A DNA stretch of 64,000 nucleotides from Mizuhopecten yessoensis (lineage: Eukaryota), in the NCBI RefSeq assembly GCF_002113885.1, contig NW_018406931.1, positions 367,253-431,252 of the forward strand, given 5' to 3'. Shown here in pieces: positions 26,980-39,300 of the stretch (its first letter is position 1; every line of letters starts with the position of its first letter). The position numbers and the translations under genes are program-made. Below the pieces are notes generated by a model that ran no database searches, was not told the DNA's origin, and saw only the letters and a program-made list of their open reading frames with translations.

Positions 26980-28614
26980 TTAGTCTTTGTAATACTTTGT
27001 AGTTTTAATCTCTGACTTGCATGCAGTTGAGTCGGATCGTTTCCTAAGCAGTTTTCCAAACGTTCTCCGTTTCTCTAACTTGTTTGCATAAAAATGTACC
27101 CACAATACATCATCAGGTTGAACGCCGAAGGTTACAACAGTAAAACTTCCATCATCTTTGATAATTGTCCTCAGATACTGCCCATTTCCACTCATCAGTT
27201 TTACCATATTGTTGAATCCAACAAGTAAATGTCCTTTGCTATCGTAAGCAGCACCCCATGGACAACGCGACGACATCTCTATTTCTCGTTCTTCTCCATA
27301 TTTGCCCATGTCAAACCTGAATTTGAGTTCTTGATCATACACACGAACGTTACTAGACCAAGTTCCATCCTCATTCTTTTTTTCCCAACTGGTTACTGCA
27401 AAGCTTCCTGTTACTGAACACTCCGAGATAGAAAACGGCGTACCAAACACCGAACCTTTCTTGTAAGCAAAGGTTGAGCGCATCAAATGACCTTCTGTTG
27501 TGTAGATACTCAGTTTTCCTTCCGGATCCTTCACATGTCTTGTACCAACTACCACATTTCCCTCCTTTGTGATGCAGATACTTGTCGGCCATGTATCAGC
27601 TTCAAATCTAGTGATTGGAACAAACGAGGATGCTGCTACTTCATTGATGGAGAAGTTGTTCCTACAGCAAAACCACAGATTGCCTGCTTGTGAAATGCTG
27701 ATATCCATAATATTACTGCCGGGATACTGGATCCTTTGCTTTATTACTCCTTTTGCGTCTACCAACAACAACACATTCGATTCATTGTCATAGAGCCAAG
27801 CACCAGAGGCGGTGGGGCAGACTGAAGTACAATCCATAGGACTCTTAAATTTTGTCAACACAGCGGGTTCATCTAGAAATTGCACCTGTAATGTAGATCC
27901 TTCTGCAATAGCCTTTGATTGGATCTTTTCTGAAGAAGTATTCAGAGGTCCTGATGAAGTATTCAACATGCCTAACGCCTTCCGCAACTGGTCAGTGATT
28001 AATGTACAAGGATGAAAGTCACCTTCGTGCAACACCGGTACTTCTGGGATGTACACAGCGGATAGGTCAGACACCGAATCATAAACTAGGATATCTGTAC
28101 CCGTTTGTAGTATTTCCTTGCATTCTCTCACCTGTTCAAGAAGAGACTTGTACCGTTGTTGGAGTTCATCCTTGTACTTCAAAAGCAAGTCTCTATTATC
28201 TCTTTCTAAATTGTCACAGATGGAGACAAACTCGTCGGTAAGGACATCGATTTGTTTTTTACATACCTCCCCCTGCTTCTTCACTTGCTGGCCAAGATCC
28301 TTAAAGTTGGTGTCGTTTTCATGGATTTTGTTTTCAATTGATTGCATTTCATTCTGTAGTTGAATGAGTTTGTTATTTTCAATGTCGTGAATAAAATCCT
28401 GCAAAACATCCTTCCTCTGTAGCGCTATGTCCGATATTTCCGTAAGTGTATGGCCACTGTGAGTCGATATACTGCACGAAAGACACACCAAAATACTGCA
28501 GTCAGTACAGTGTAAAATCACATCCTTATTTCTATGGGCAGAGCACTTTGTATTCCCTTTCCTCCGGATAGGTATCTGGCCCTGCAGTCCTGTCAGAGGT
28601 ACGTTGGAAGCCAT
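26980..28614 (-). CDS. RING-less TRIM-NHL-like protein, copy C, 544 aa
   Basis: Intact ORF paralogous to copies A and B. Confidence 0.9.
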   Translation of the reverse strand: MASNVPLTGLQGQIPIRRKGNTKCSAHRNKDVILHCTDCSILVCLSCSISTHSGHTLTEISDIALQRKDVLQDFIHDIENNKLIQLQNEMQSIENKIHENDTNFKDLGQQVKKQGEVCKKQIDVLTDEFVSICDNLERDNRDLLLKYKDELQQRYKSLLEQVRECKEILQTGTDILVYDSVSDLSAVYIPEVPVLHEGDFHPCTLITDQLRKALGMLNTSSGPLNTSSEKIQSKAIAEGSTLQVQFLDEPAVLTKFKSPMDCTSVCPTASGAWLYDNESNVLLLVDAKGVIKQRIQYPGSNIMDISISQAGNLWFCCRNNFSINEVAASSFVPITRFEADTWPTSICITKEGNVVVGTRHVKDPEGKLSIYTTEGHLMRSTFAYKKGSVFGTPFSISECSVTGSFAVTSWEKKNEDGTWSSNVRVYDQELKFRFDMGKYGEEREIEMSSRCPWGAAYDSKGHLLVGFNNMVKLMSGNGQYLRTIIKDDGSFTVVTFGVQPDDVLWVHFYANKLEKRRTFGKLLRKRSDSTACKSEIKTTKYYKD

Positions 28615-28852
28615 TGTATATGGCGACCGCCTTGACTGTTTTTCTCAAAATGGCGTCAAAACTACCAGGGTGTCACTACTGGCTGGTGTTAGCTCTATAC
28701 GTACATACGCAATCTAATTTTAAACATAATAACTGGTTTTTATTAGGCTACGGTTTGTTATGCGTTGCGAGTTATAACAAAACATTAGTGTATAAATATT
28801 CTAACCGGGATGTAAAAAAGAGTGAAGCATATCAGAGACGTATAATGAAGAG

Positions 28853-28975
28853 TAGTCCTAATTATTCTGACGTTTTATCGACTTTTTTCATATCGGTATG
28901 ACGTCGATTAACGTCGTTAATCGACCACAGACCGATATGAAAAAAGTCGATAAAACGTCAGAATAATTCGAACTA
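28853..28975. mobile_element. 123-bp fold-back MITE with 9-bp TSD (Mutator-like TSD length)
   Basis: About 45-bp near-perfect arms enclose an inner GTCGATTAAC/GTTAATCGAC stem. AATGAAGAG flanks both sides. Absent from the paralogous promoter at ~23550. Confidence 0.88.
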
Positions 28976-31153
28976 AATGAAGAGATATCGATTTTTTTCT
29001 TTGTAGGACAATGGATATATGAAAACATTTTCGTTGACGAGTTATGTTTTCTTGATCAAAATTACATTTGCTACAGTATGTAAACTAACGGCATTGTGTC
29101 GATGTTTTTGTTCGAAACATGGATGAAATATATGATTTGAAATTTGAGGACTAAGGGGAACGTTTACATGAAAATTCAGAAAGACCTGTCAAGCACTTTT
29201 TGAAAAAATATCCAAAAAACCTTTGACCATCAAAATCCAAGATGTCTGCTTAAATTAAAATTTGAAAAAGATTCACCCAGCTATAATTTCACGAATCCTT
29301 TAAATATGGACTACAGACGAAGAGCCCATTACCATTACCTTACGATGGTGGGCTAAATAGCCAAACAAAACAAGTTGTCCTTAGGGCCTGTATCTCTCAT
29401 CTATTACCTAATCGAGGTATGATATGGAAATCATTACCCGTATCTAAATGAAACGTCAGATCAAATGCAATATAAATCCCTTGATAAGTACTAAAGATGT
29501 GTTTTAGATATTTATCTTTAACCCTATAGGATTATGTACCTCTGCCCGCAGGAGTGTCACATTGTGTGATGTTTAAGACCAAATCTAATTGAAATCTGTA
29601 TTGAAATGTTCAGAGGGATTCGGCTTTTACATTTAGGACCAAGATAACGAATGTGTGACGAAGGATCGATGATGGCGCCACTGAAAAGCCTCATAATTAT
29701 GGTCCTTTTGGCCAGGTAAGCCAAAACATAGATATATTTCAAACTGACATCTTTGCTTAAAGATATGAAATATTAGTTTGATCACTGACTTTTTACTTTC
29801 TCAATAACATATTGATTTTTTGAAATTATTGTAAATATGGGAACGAAAGTTGTATTTCAGAAAAACTACTGATCAACAGTGTGTTGCTGTATGATAGCCA
29901 ATGGTAAACATGCCATGTGTACGGAAGCTGCGTAACTCGTATGTTACGATTTATTGAATATTATCTGCCTTACTTATCTGGTTTATAGACTCAATTTGTT
30001 AAACAAATGAATAATATATTACTTTCCAATTATGCCACAACAAGCTAGATGTCCTTGTAAAGAGGCCCATCCTCGATTATCCAGGGGTTACGCTCTCTGC
30101 ACCCCTGGAATATGTCATGACAAAATCGGGTGCATCGCCTTGTGGATGAGACGAGAAGACTAGTTTGGTCACTTGATGTACATCAAAAGAATCTGTCGGT
30201 CGCTTTGAAGTCAGATGTTACTCCTCTGTAATCTTCAAAGGACAGGTACACTGTATCAGCTTAGCGATTGGACAGGTTTTTTTTACCCAACACAATCAAA
30301 TATCTAGTGGCGTGCCTTCAAATTTGCTACGACATATTCCAGGGGTGCAGAGAGCAATTTAAAGGTTCAACAAGCCCCCTGAAAGATGTAATAGTCGCCC
30401 CAAATTTCAAACCCTGGCAAGTCATATTCAAATACCCTTATCAAAAATCGGAATATATATATATATGTAATTTAAATGTATTGAACATGTACATGAGCTA
30501 TCAAAAAGGTACATAACAAGGCTAACGAGGTCAAAATACGGCATTAAGGTAATGATAAAAGTTGCCCACCAGATTTATAACATGTCAATCTCTTAAAGTA
30601 ATAGGATTGTGTCGTCATTTATCAGTAGAATTTATTCAAATTTTGTAGTTATATTGCTTTGAAGTAAAGAAAATTTTCTGCCACAAAAAAAAATAAAGGT
30701 TGTCTGAATTTTAAGGATTTTAAATGGAAATTTATGTAAAAAGGATTGAATTTTGAAAAAAATATTGAAACACACATTCTTTTTGCAAAATAATGTCAAT
30801 AAAAATTATACTAACATAGATAAGTATTGCATTAATGTATATCAATTTCATAAATGCTGAAATTGTGTAAAATTAATCATCTATAAACGATTAAAAATTG
30901 ACATTTTATAATAAAACTATATACACATAGTAATTGCATGCAAGAGTTATCGTTCTTGAAAAAAATCACAGTAGTGAAATAGGTAGCCGGTTTCCTGAAG
31001 TACAGAAAAATGGACACATGTGACTCATTGATTAAAAAACAACTGAATTAATACCTGGGTTGCTTTGCAATACTTTAATATTGAAAGAAGACACTGTTCT
31101 GTCAATAATAAGCATACAATATTCATCAGTTTAATATTAAACATTAGAATATG

Positions 31154-31508
31154 CGGTAGCCTAGTGGTAGGACGCCGGGCTCGTGACCGAAGGGTTGTGA
31201 GTTCGACTCTCGTCACGGCACTGTATTGTATCTTTGAGTAAGATACTTTACTCCGCTTGTTCCAGTCTACTCAGCTGTAAATGAGTACGTAGATGGGTAG
31301 TGCAAAATTGTAGAATGCTAGCTGTGTGCGCCGAAATGGCAACACCGGCTGTATGCTCCCCAGGTCGTTGAGAAAGATATTGGCTGGTTGTAAAGGCCCT
31401 ATAACCACAGATAATAATGTGTGAAGTGCTATGAGATGACCTACAAACTAGGTTGTGATAGAGCGGTATATAAGAACCTCGAATTATTATTATTAATTAT
31501 TATTATTT
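31154..31508 (+). mobile_element. tRNA-derived SINE
   Basis: Pol III A box (TAGCCTAGTGG) and B box (GTTCGACTC), a conserved-core-like body (CTCAGCTGTAAATGAGTAC) and a (TTA)n tail. Confidence 0.85.
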
Positions 31509-31575
31509 CTCTTGAACCATGTATGGAGAAGTATACAGGACTCACAAGAAGATGATTGTTGCTATGGGAAAGTAC

Positions 31576-33635
31576 AACAAGAGGCCCAGAGGGCCTGTAT
31601 CGCTCACCTGTTTCTCTTGTTACATGAAACTGACATATAGGTAATTCAAGACTAAATTTGGTAACTAGAACACAAGCCATTTTGACAACTCTTAAACGGT
31701 TCTGAAGATGTTGTTGTTTGAAATTTGAAATTTTAATTTTAAAGCTTTTAACCAACATTGACCTTTGACTCAATTATCCTAGGCTTCTTGGTTAGTGAGA
31801 AGAAGTTATTTAAAGGTTTTAAACATACGTCAAGGTCATTCATTTAAAAAAACTTAGTAGCCCTTCATCCCTGTATACTACAGGTCCAATATCAGTACCC
31901 GGGGCCATTTGAATATTGAGAAGTTGTTTGAACATTTTAAGACATGTGACACCTGTGAGCTTGAAAGTGGGTCAAGGTCATTCATCCAGCATGCTACAGG
32001 CCCAATTTCAGTACCCTGGGCCTTTTGGTTATTGAGAAGAAGTCGTTTGAAGATTTTAAGACATCTGACCCAAGTGACCTTGAAAGTGGGTCAAGGTCAT
32101 TCATTTGAACAAACTTGGCAGTTCTTCATCCCAGCATGCTTCAGGCCAAATATCAGTACTCTGGCTCTTTCGGTTGTTGAGAAGTAGTTTAATGGAAAAA
32201 TTGACGCCGGACGCTGCACTGAGGCAAAAGCTCACTTGCCCTTCAAGCAGCCGAGCTAACAATTCACACAGCTGTTCTACATAACATACCCAAGTATCAT
32301 GACTTCAGTCCAAATGGTTCTTAGGATATTGTTGTGTGAAGTTTACATATTTGACCCCTGTGACCTTGAAAGTAGGTCAAGGTCATTTTAATGAAGAAAC
32401 TTTATAGCACTTTATCCCAGGTTCCTACTGGCCAAATATCATGACCCTGGGCCTTATGGAACTTGGGATTAAGATTGTTAAAGCTTTTAACCCACATTGA
32501 CCTTTGACCACTGACTAGCACTTAAAATTGACCTTAGACTTCATTACTGTAATTGAGACACAAGTATCATGATTCTAGTTCAAATGGTTCTTAGGATATT
32601 GTTGTGTGAAGGTTACATATTTGACCCCTGTGACCTTGAAAGTAGGTCAAGGTCATTTTAATGAAGAAACTTTATAGCACTTTATCCCAGGTTCCTACTG
32701 GCCAAATATCATGCCCCTGGGCCTTATGGAACTTGGGATAAAGATTGTTAAAGCTTTTAACCCACCTTGACCTTTGACCACTGACTAGCACTTAGAATTG
32801 ACCTTAGACTTCATTACTGTAATTGAGACACAAGTATCATGATTCTAGTTCAAATGGTTCTTAGGATATTGTTGTGTGAAGGTTACATATTTGACCCCTG
32901 TGACCTTGAACGTATGTCAAGGTCATTTTTATAGCACTACATCCCAGGTACCTACTGTCCAAATATCATGATCCTGGGCTTTATTGAAGCTGAGAAGAAG
33001 ATTGTTAAAGCTTTTAACCCATGTTGATGTTTGACCCCTGACTAGCACTTAATGTTGACCTTTGACCTAATTACTGTAATTAAGAAAAAGATTTGAACTG
33101 TTGGTCTCCATGACATACGTATGCCCTGCTGGTCTACATAACATACCAATGTATCATGACTCTAGTCCAAATGGTTCTTAGGATATTGTTGTGTGAAGGT
33201 TACATATTTGACCCCTGTGACCTTGAAAGTATGTCAAGGCCATTTTTATAGCACTCCATCCCAGGTACCTACTGGCCAAATATCATGATCCTGGGCTTTA
33301 TTGGACCTGAGAAGAAGATTGTTAAAGCTTTTAACCCATGTTGATGTTTGACCCCTGACTAGCACTTAATGTTGACCTTTGACCTAATTACTGTAATTAA
33401 GAAAAAGATTTGAACTGTTGGTCTCCATGACATACGTATACCCTGCTGGTCTACATAACATACCAAAGTATCATGACTCTAGTCCAAATGGTTCTTAGGA
33501 TATTGTTGTTTGAAGCTTTTCCTACTGGCCAAATATCATGACCCCAGGTCCTCCAGTTCTTCAGAAGTCGTTCAAAAGAAAAAGTTCACAGACGGACGAC
33601 GGACAGACGACAGACGGGCCCAGGTGAGCTAAAAA
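31576..33635 (+). mobile_element. Helentron-associated (HINE/CvA-like) element(s) carrying 270- and ~317-bp tandem units
   Basis: Starts AACAAGAGGCCCAGAGGGCC (short palindrome). Contains TGACCTTGAAAGTAGGTCAAGGTCA repeats, GACG microsatellites and CAGGTGAGCTAAAA-type ends at ~32260 and 33635. Confidence 0.75.
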
Positions 33636-34358
33636 TCATAGTAAAACGTCTGTGTAACATATTTTACCGGTATATATGTGTAAAACCATAGACCTTTGAC
33701 CATAAACACTACTTAAACTTCGAACAAAATGTCCTTTCTTAACATTCAATGTTTGTATAAAAGAGCGAGACTTGTTATAAACATTATTATACTTTTCAGC
33801 TTCAATGTTTATAACATGTCTAGCGCATTCATATAATCACAGAATGTTTTCAAATGGCACATCATCTAAAGTTCATTTATCGATCAAGGTTACTTAGCCG
33901 TTGTTTGCTTATTAATAAATTGCTAAAACGTATTACCAGGGGATTTACTAAGATGTTGGTGGTTTCACATGGCAACATCTATCTTTGTTTGAGGTCGTAA
34001 TTCCTCTCAGAAGCTAGTAGAAGAGAAATAAAGCTCTGCATGACCTAGGTATATAATTAAACTTTTAAGATATGGGTCCTTTCTAAGCACACAGCTGGAT
34101 CGCAAAAAAGATTGACATGTTATAAGTCTAGTGAGCTGTTTTTATAAGGGCATCAGCCTTAATGCCTTATTGTTGACTAGTTAACCTGGCTATGTATTTT
34201 TTGTATAGCCAATATACAAGTTCAATATATATACAAATAGCATATAAAAGGTCCGATTTTTAATTGAGGTCTTTGAACATGACTTATCAGGGTGTTGACA
34301 TTTAAGGTGACTTCATCTTTTAGGGGGCTTGTTGAACCTTAAGTGAGTGTAATTCCTG

Positions 34359-34598
34359 AGCCCGTCATGAAACTATTCTCATGCTTATACCCAAATTCTG
34401 TGCTCAGGCCAAGTTTCTTGTTCTGTTGCTTAATTTATAAAAAAAAAACACATTTTGTAAACATTGTTTGAAGAATTTCGAAAAGACTTCAAGCTGCATG
34501 CTATTTAAAATGTTAACACTTGACTATCTGACAGTGTCACATGATTTAAGCAAGTTATAAGAAAGTTGGGTTTGAGAATGGTTTTATGAATATAAGCC
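34359..34598. mobile_element. Harbinger-like MITE with CTG TSD
   Basis: Imperfect TIRs (AGCCCGTCATGAAACTATTCTCA / TGAGAATGGTTTTATGAATATAAGCC). CTG is duplicated, and removing the element restores the host MITE TIR. Confidence 0.6.
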
Positions 34599-36231
34599 CT
34601 GGTGTATATCGAGGATGAAAGAGGCCATGCAATGGAAATAAGTAGTTTTTTTTCACAAATTACGCAGACACAAGATTTGTTCTCATTATATAAATCAACA
34701 TTGATTTAAAGTCCTATAACCTGTACCCTATTAATATTATTTATCGTATATGAATGTTAAAATCTGACATGTCAAACACCAATTCACTCAGTGAATTGAT
34801 GTTTATTGGATTATTGTTTTATTTATTCCATTTCATATTTAGTTTCCATGCAATAGTCATTAGAACCCTGATTAGTCATTGTGTCTACGCACAGACTTGG
34901 TGATTCAGATATATCCCATCAACGCAAAGCTTGGTATAAAATTAGAAGCTATTGGCATAATGTTGGAATATTTTATTTCCAAGTTCAACATTTGATGGAT
35001 TATGATCATAATATCTCTAATATCGGGAAGACTATAAACAAATTGTACATGTATTTGATAAAACGTGTTTAATATGAGCAAACAAACATTTCAATTAAAC
35101 TAAACGAAGTGTATTTGGATTAAGTAACAAATCATAAATAACCATATGGTAATTATAACACAATTTAAAGTAAGAATTATTGCATTGTCAGGTACTACCA
35201 GAAAATGCATACCTTGTCATTTAATTATGATTTAGTAAAAGTCAAATGTTCCACAGTGCAGGAATTTCCCCAGCATAAAGTCTAAGCTCTATCAAACTGA
35301 CATGACCCAGTTGATAGTTTTTGCAAAATATCATAACTGAGAAACATCTGAGCTATTTCGTACTATTGAAATAAAGAGTCCACTTTGCCTCTCTCAGAAT
35401 CACAGTACTTCAACATTGATTCCGAAAACTAGTGTTTAGTTGGTAACGGATCAGAGATGAAAAGCCAAAAGAGGATTTCAAGGAGTTCAACGCATTTGAA
35501 ACAGAATGTAAATGTGGATTTGAACAAAATTACTGAAAAACCTATGGAAAATATTCAAAAAAATTATACCTTTATTTTTAAATGGAAAAAATTGAAACAA
35601 GGACACATTGTCAGATTACATACCAAGCATAAGCCTAACACTCCATGGAACAAGGTATTCTTTGGAAGGACTTTTTTCAGATTAAATACAGCAATATCTA
35701 CAGAGGTACGTACATGGAAGATCTGGTTTACTCAAGTTTTTGTATCATAAAGAATTCACTTAAACAGGTAAAAATATATATAATCATACATGTGTAATTT
35801 TTTTTACAATATTTTAACATTTCTGCTCAATCTGCACAATCTGAACACCGATACATGCACAAAATATAGAAGTTTTAATTTTTAATGTAAACGGCACACA
35901 AGGATAACAATCCGTAAAATATATGCAAACTTTAAGCAAACAAGGTAGGTTACCAGTCTCTGGAGTTCCAAACTTTAATCAAATCTTTTAGAATAAATAT
36001 AAATGTCAGTATGCATAAAGAAACCTTATATACTTTTAAATATAAAAATTTGATAACTATTTCCCAAAATTCAACGGTTATGATTATTTATACTTCGGTT
36101 TTTATCATGTGCATAAGCTTTATTTTCCAAAACTTGAATTTCATTCTATAATTACTTGAACATTTTAACAGAGTGCTAGTGAATAGAAGTTTAGTAAACA
36201 TCTTTGTTTACTGAATCAGAAAATCCATTAA

Positions 36232-36314
36232 CTCATTCACCTCTGAAATTTCATTATGAACTACTCCATTTTTTGAATTGGAAGAGTTCAAATGTGTCTT
36301 CAGGGGTGAATTAG
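36232..36314. mobile_element. Degenerate piggyBac-like MITE
   Basis: TTAA|CTCATTCACCTCTGAA...TTCAGGGGTGAATTAG, resembling the element at 62318-62407. Confidence 0.5.
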
Positions 36315-39300
36315 TAAAACAATATACATTTTATACATAATTTACTATACTTTTAGACATAAAACACATTTATAACTTGAATACTGGTATATTGTACTAC
36401 AGAATGAGACGTTTATAATCAATCAATATAAAATACATCCCAAGAGACACAAATTAAAATCAAAGTAACATCTGATTTCATTGCACATACTTGAAAGACT
36501 GTTGGGTATATTTAAATCAGTAAAAGACATAAGATGGATACAGACACTGATAGTTCACCTTCACACAAGTTTTCAACAACTTTTCTAACATTAACAGAGG
36601 TTCAAAAATTCAAAACAAAATTTCTGGAATTCATTAGCTGAAAAATTAATCCTATCAAACGTTGTGTTTATCAGTATAATTTATCCAAATTATAAAATCA
36701 TCACAAATTCCATAGTTATACATATAGTGTGTTCTCACAAATATTGAATGAAATGATACTTATTTTCAACATGTATATGGTTTATGAAAACGAACATTTC
36801 AATGACAGGCTTATAAACACAGGCCCCAATTATTAACAAACAGGTTTCATTGAAATATACTGACTTCATATTGCTTTGGCCAATCGCATGAGGTGATGAA
36901 CTGAGTTGGTTCTAAGACAGAATATAACTTGTCTAAAGAACAACTCAATTCATCACCCTTGAAAATTGTACATGTATTGTAACTAATTCATAGGGCTCAT
37001 ATTTCAATGTTATTTTGACTCAAAGTACATGTTATTATATATCTCAAAAGATCATGACAATGCAAGATAAATTTTTGTGTCTTCAAAAATAAATAAAAGT
37101 TTATTTCATACCCCTGTATGAGCTTGCAAAAGAATTAGTTTAATTTGTGGTACCTATTTTTTGGCATTTAATAATTTATATTTAACGAGTACCTGCATAT
37201 ACAACTGATGGACATTATTGCAGAATTATGTTAAACAGTGGAAATAGATAAACTTCCCCTAAATGATTGAACTTTGCAGTATGCAGTGAATGGCAATCTT
37301 AAGATAGGTCAACTGAAGTTTGGCTAACTAAATCTCTCGGAGAATAAAGAAATAAGAAATAAAATTTCGCCTATAACTTTAAAACCAAAACGAACATATT
37401 CAGGAGTGAATAAAGAGTTTAGATTCACTATACTTCATTTAGTATAGTAAAGCATCAATCAAAATTATAGTTTATATGGCACAAACTTATATTACCCACA
37501 TGTACAAGGAATACATAGACCAGCTCCTTCATGTCTATGTTATATGTATATGTACTAGTACATGTACATTCAACAGTACAGCAGATGGCAAATTTTGTAA
37601 CTGTACAAATATGGTTATGATAAATGAAGCTTCATCATATACCATATATATTCACATACCAAGATGTTTAAAAATGGCCACTTCCCATATGATTAAGAGC
37701 AAAAAAACCCACCGCAAAATATTTGATAATATTGATGACTATTGGAATCTTAACTAAGCAGAGTGGATTTTGAAACGATAACTGCAAATGACAAAAGTGT
37801 GATAATCAACCCTGTTTATATATGAAGTGTTTATTTCATAACATACAGGCAGAGGACAGTCAAAAAAACAATTATGTAAATGTAATTCAAAGGTTTGATT
37901 TATTATTTTTCCATCACATCACTGTCAACCATACAGTTAGCTATATATAGACACCGGCAGCTTCAAGCTTCATGGAATTCCTTAATCAATATACTTTGTA
38001 AATCATTTGATTTTTAAACTTGAACTATCGTAACATGGAGACAAAATACTGTTAAAGCTTTAAATTAATTACATTTCAAATCTGTTTGAACCATGTATTA
38101 TACATGTCATGGTGGGTTTTTTAATTTTGCGAAGACAACTTTAAAAATTAAACAAAAGTAAACGGATCCAACAAGACACATAACAATATCAGCAGCAAAC
38201 TCAATACCACTCAAGTTCACTTAATTTTAATCATGAAACATAATTACATGAACTTATTAGAACATGACAAGTACCTGAGCCATTGCAAGGAAAATTGTGA
38301 TTCCAAAAATGTTGTACTGTACGTATTATCAGTTAGTATTTGACAGCTTGTGTAGAGATCTATTTTTGATATGCTATGAAGTACCAAAGGATATCTGCTA
38401 TCTTAATTTCCATACTTTTGATTTATGTATTTAAAGAGTTTCTAATCCTTATTCTTCATGTTAACATTACAGTTTTACCTTATCATTATGAAAGCATGCA
38501 ATCTTTTGTACCTTTAAAAGGTGTCACTAATTATTAAGCATTACTAGAACCAGAAAAACTATTAAAACCACGATAAAGGAAAGCAGTCCATGTTTTCCTT
38601 TAAGCAAAGCACTTTTGGAAATGCATGTTCCGTTATGACCATGCCATGTATAATTAAATCACTTTCATCGGTACTTAATTGCATATTTAAGCTTTTAAGC
38701 TTCACACACTATTTATCAATAACTCAGACAATAAGTAATTTCAATTACACATTTTGCCATTTTGGCAGTCACCAATTAATGAATAATCTATATCCAAACA
38801 CTAAATAAACTACATGTACATGTATTTCATATCACATTTACGGATAGGAAGCATTCAAGTTTATATAAACATTTACACAAAACTTTTACACACGTACATG
38901 GTAGCTATAGGTCTTTCAAGCGATGTGACTAGAAACCATTAAAGTTGGAAAGGTAAAGAAAGAAGCATGTTATTATAATATCACTATCTATATTCTTCTG
39001 TGTGTGTGTATTGCCATTATTTCTGTTTGTAGAATTTGTACAATCTTCCTAAAAAAATCAAAAAAAAAATCTGCTCAGCACATTTTACAGGTCTTAAACG
39101 CTTATGTCATAACATTTGGTAATTTTTTTTATCAAGATTTCACTAAAATTATTCTCTGTTTATATCATAGATATTCCTTTTAAATAAATAGAAAGGATAG
39201 GCAAACAAAAAATTACTAGTCCTCATTTTTTATGGCCGAATATGTATACTAAAAACAACTATCCTTTATAATTAGTAACTATGACAAGTAATTTTGTTAA

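Larger units (their letters stand above)
30363..34338. mobile_element. Kolobok-like non-autonomous element (TTAA TSD, ~230-bp imperfect TIRs)
   Basis: TTAA|AGGTTCAACAAGCCCCC at the left end and GGGGGCTTGTTGAACC|TTAA at the right end. The inverted similarity extends from 30363-30592 to 34110-34338. Confidence 0.8.
30068..34617. mobile_element. CATCCT...AGGATG MITE split by nested insertions (9-bp TSD AAAGAGGCC)
   Basis: TSD at 30059-30067 and 34618-34626. An uninterrupted relative lies at 50823-51177. Confidence 0.85.

Noticed and set aside
16852-28363. Recurring plus-strand ORFs within the TRIM-like genes
   Set aside because: They are antisense shadows, repeated only because the sense genes are paralogous.
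16738-28614. Gene symbols TRIM2/TRIM3/TRIM71
   Set aside because: There is no RING or filamin domain and the family is lineage-expanded, so orthology cannot be supported.
31154-31230. tRNA gene
   Set aside because: A and B boxes are present, but the sequence continues into a SINE body and (TTA)n tail, so it is a SINE head.
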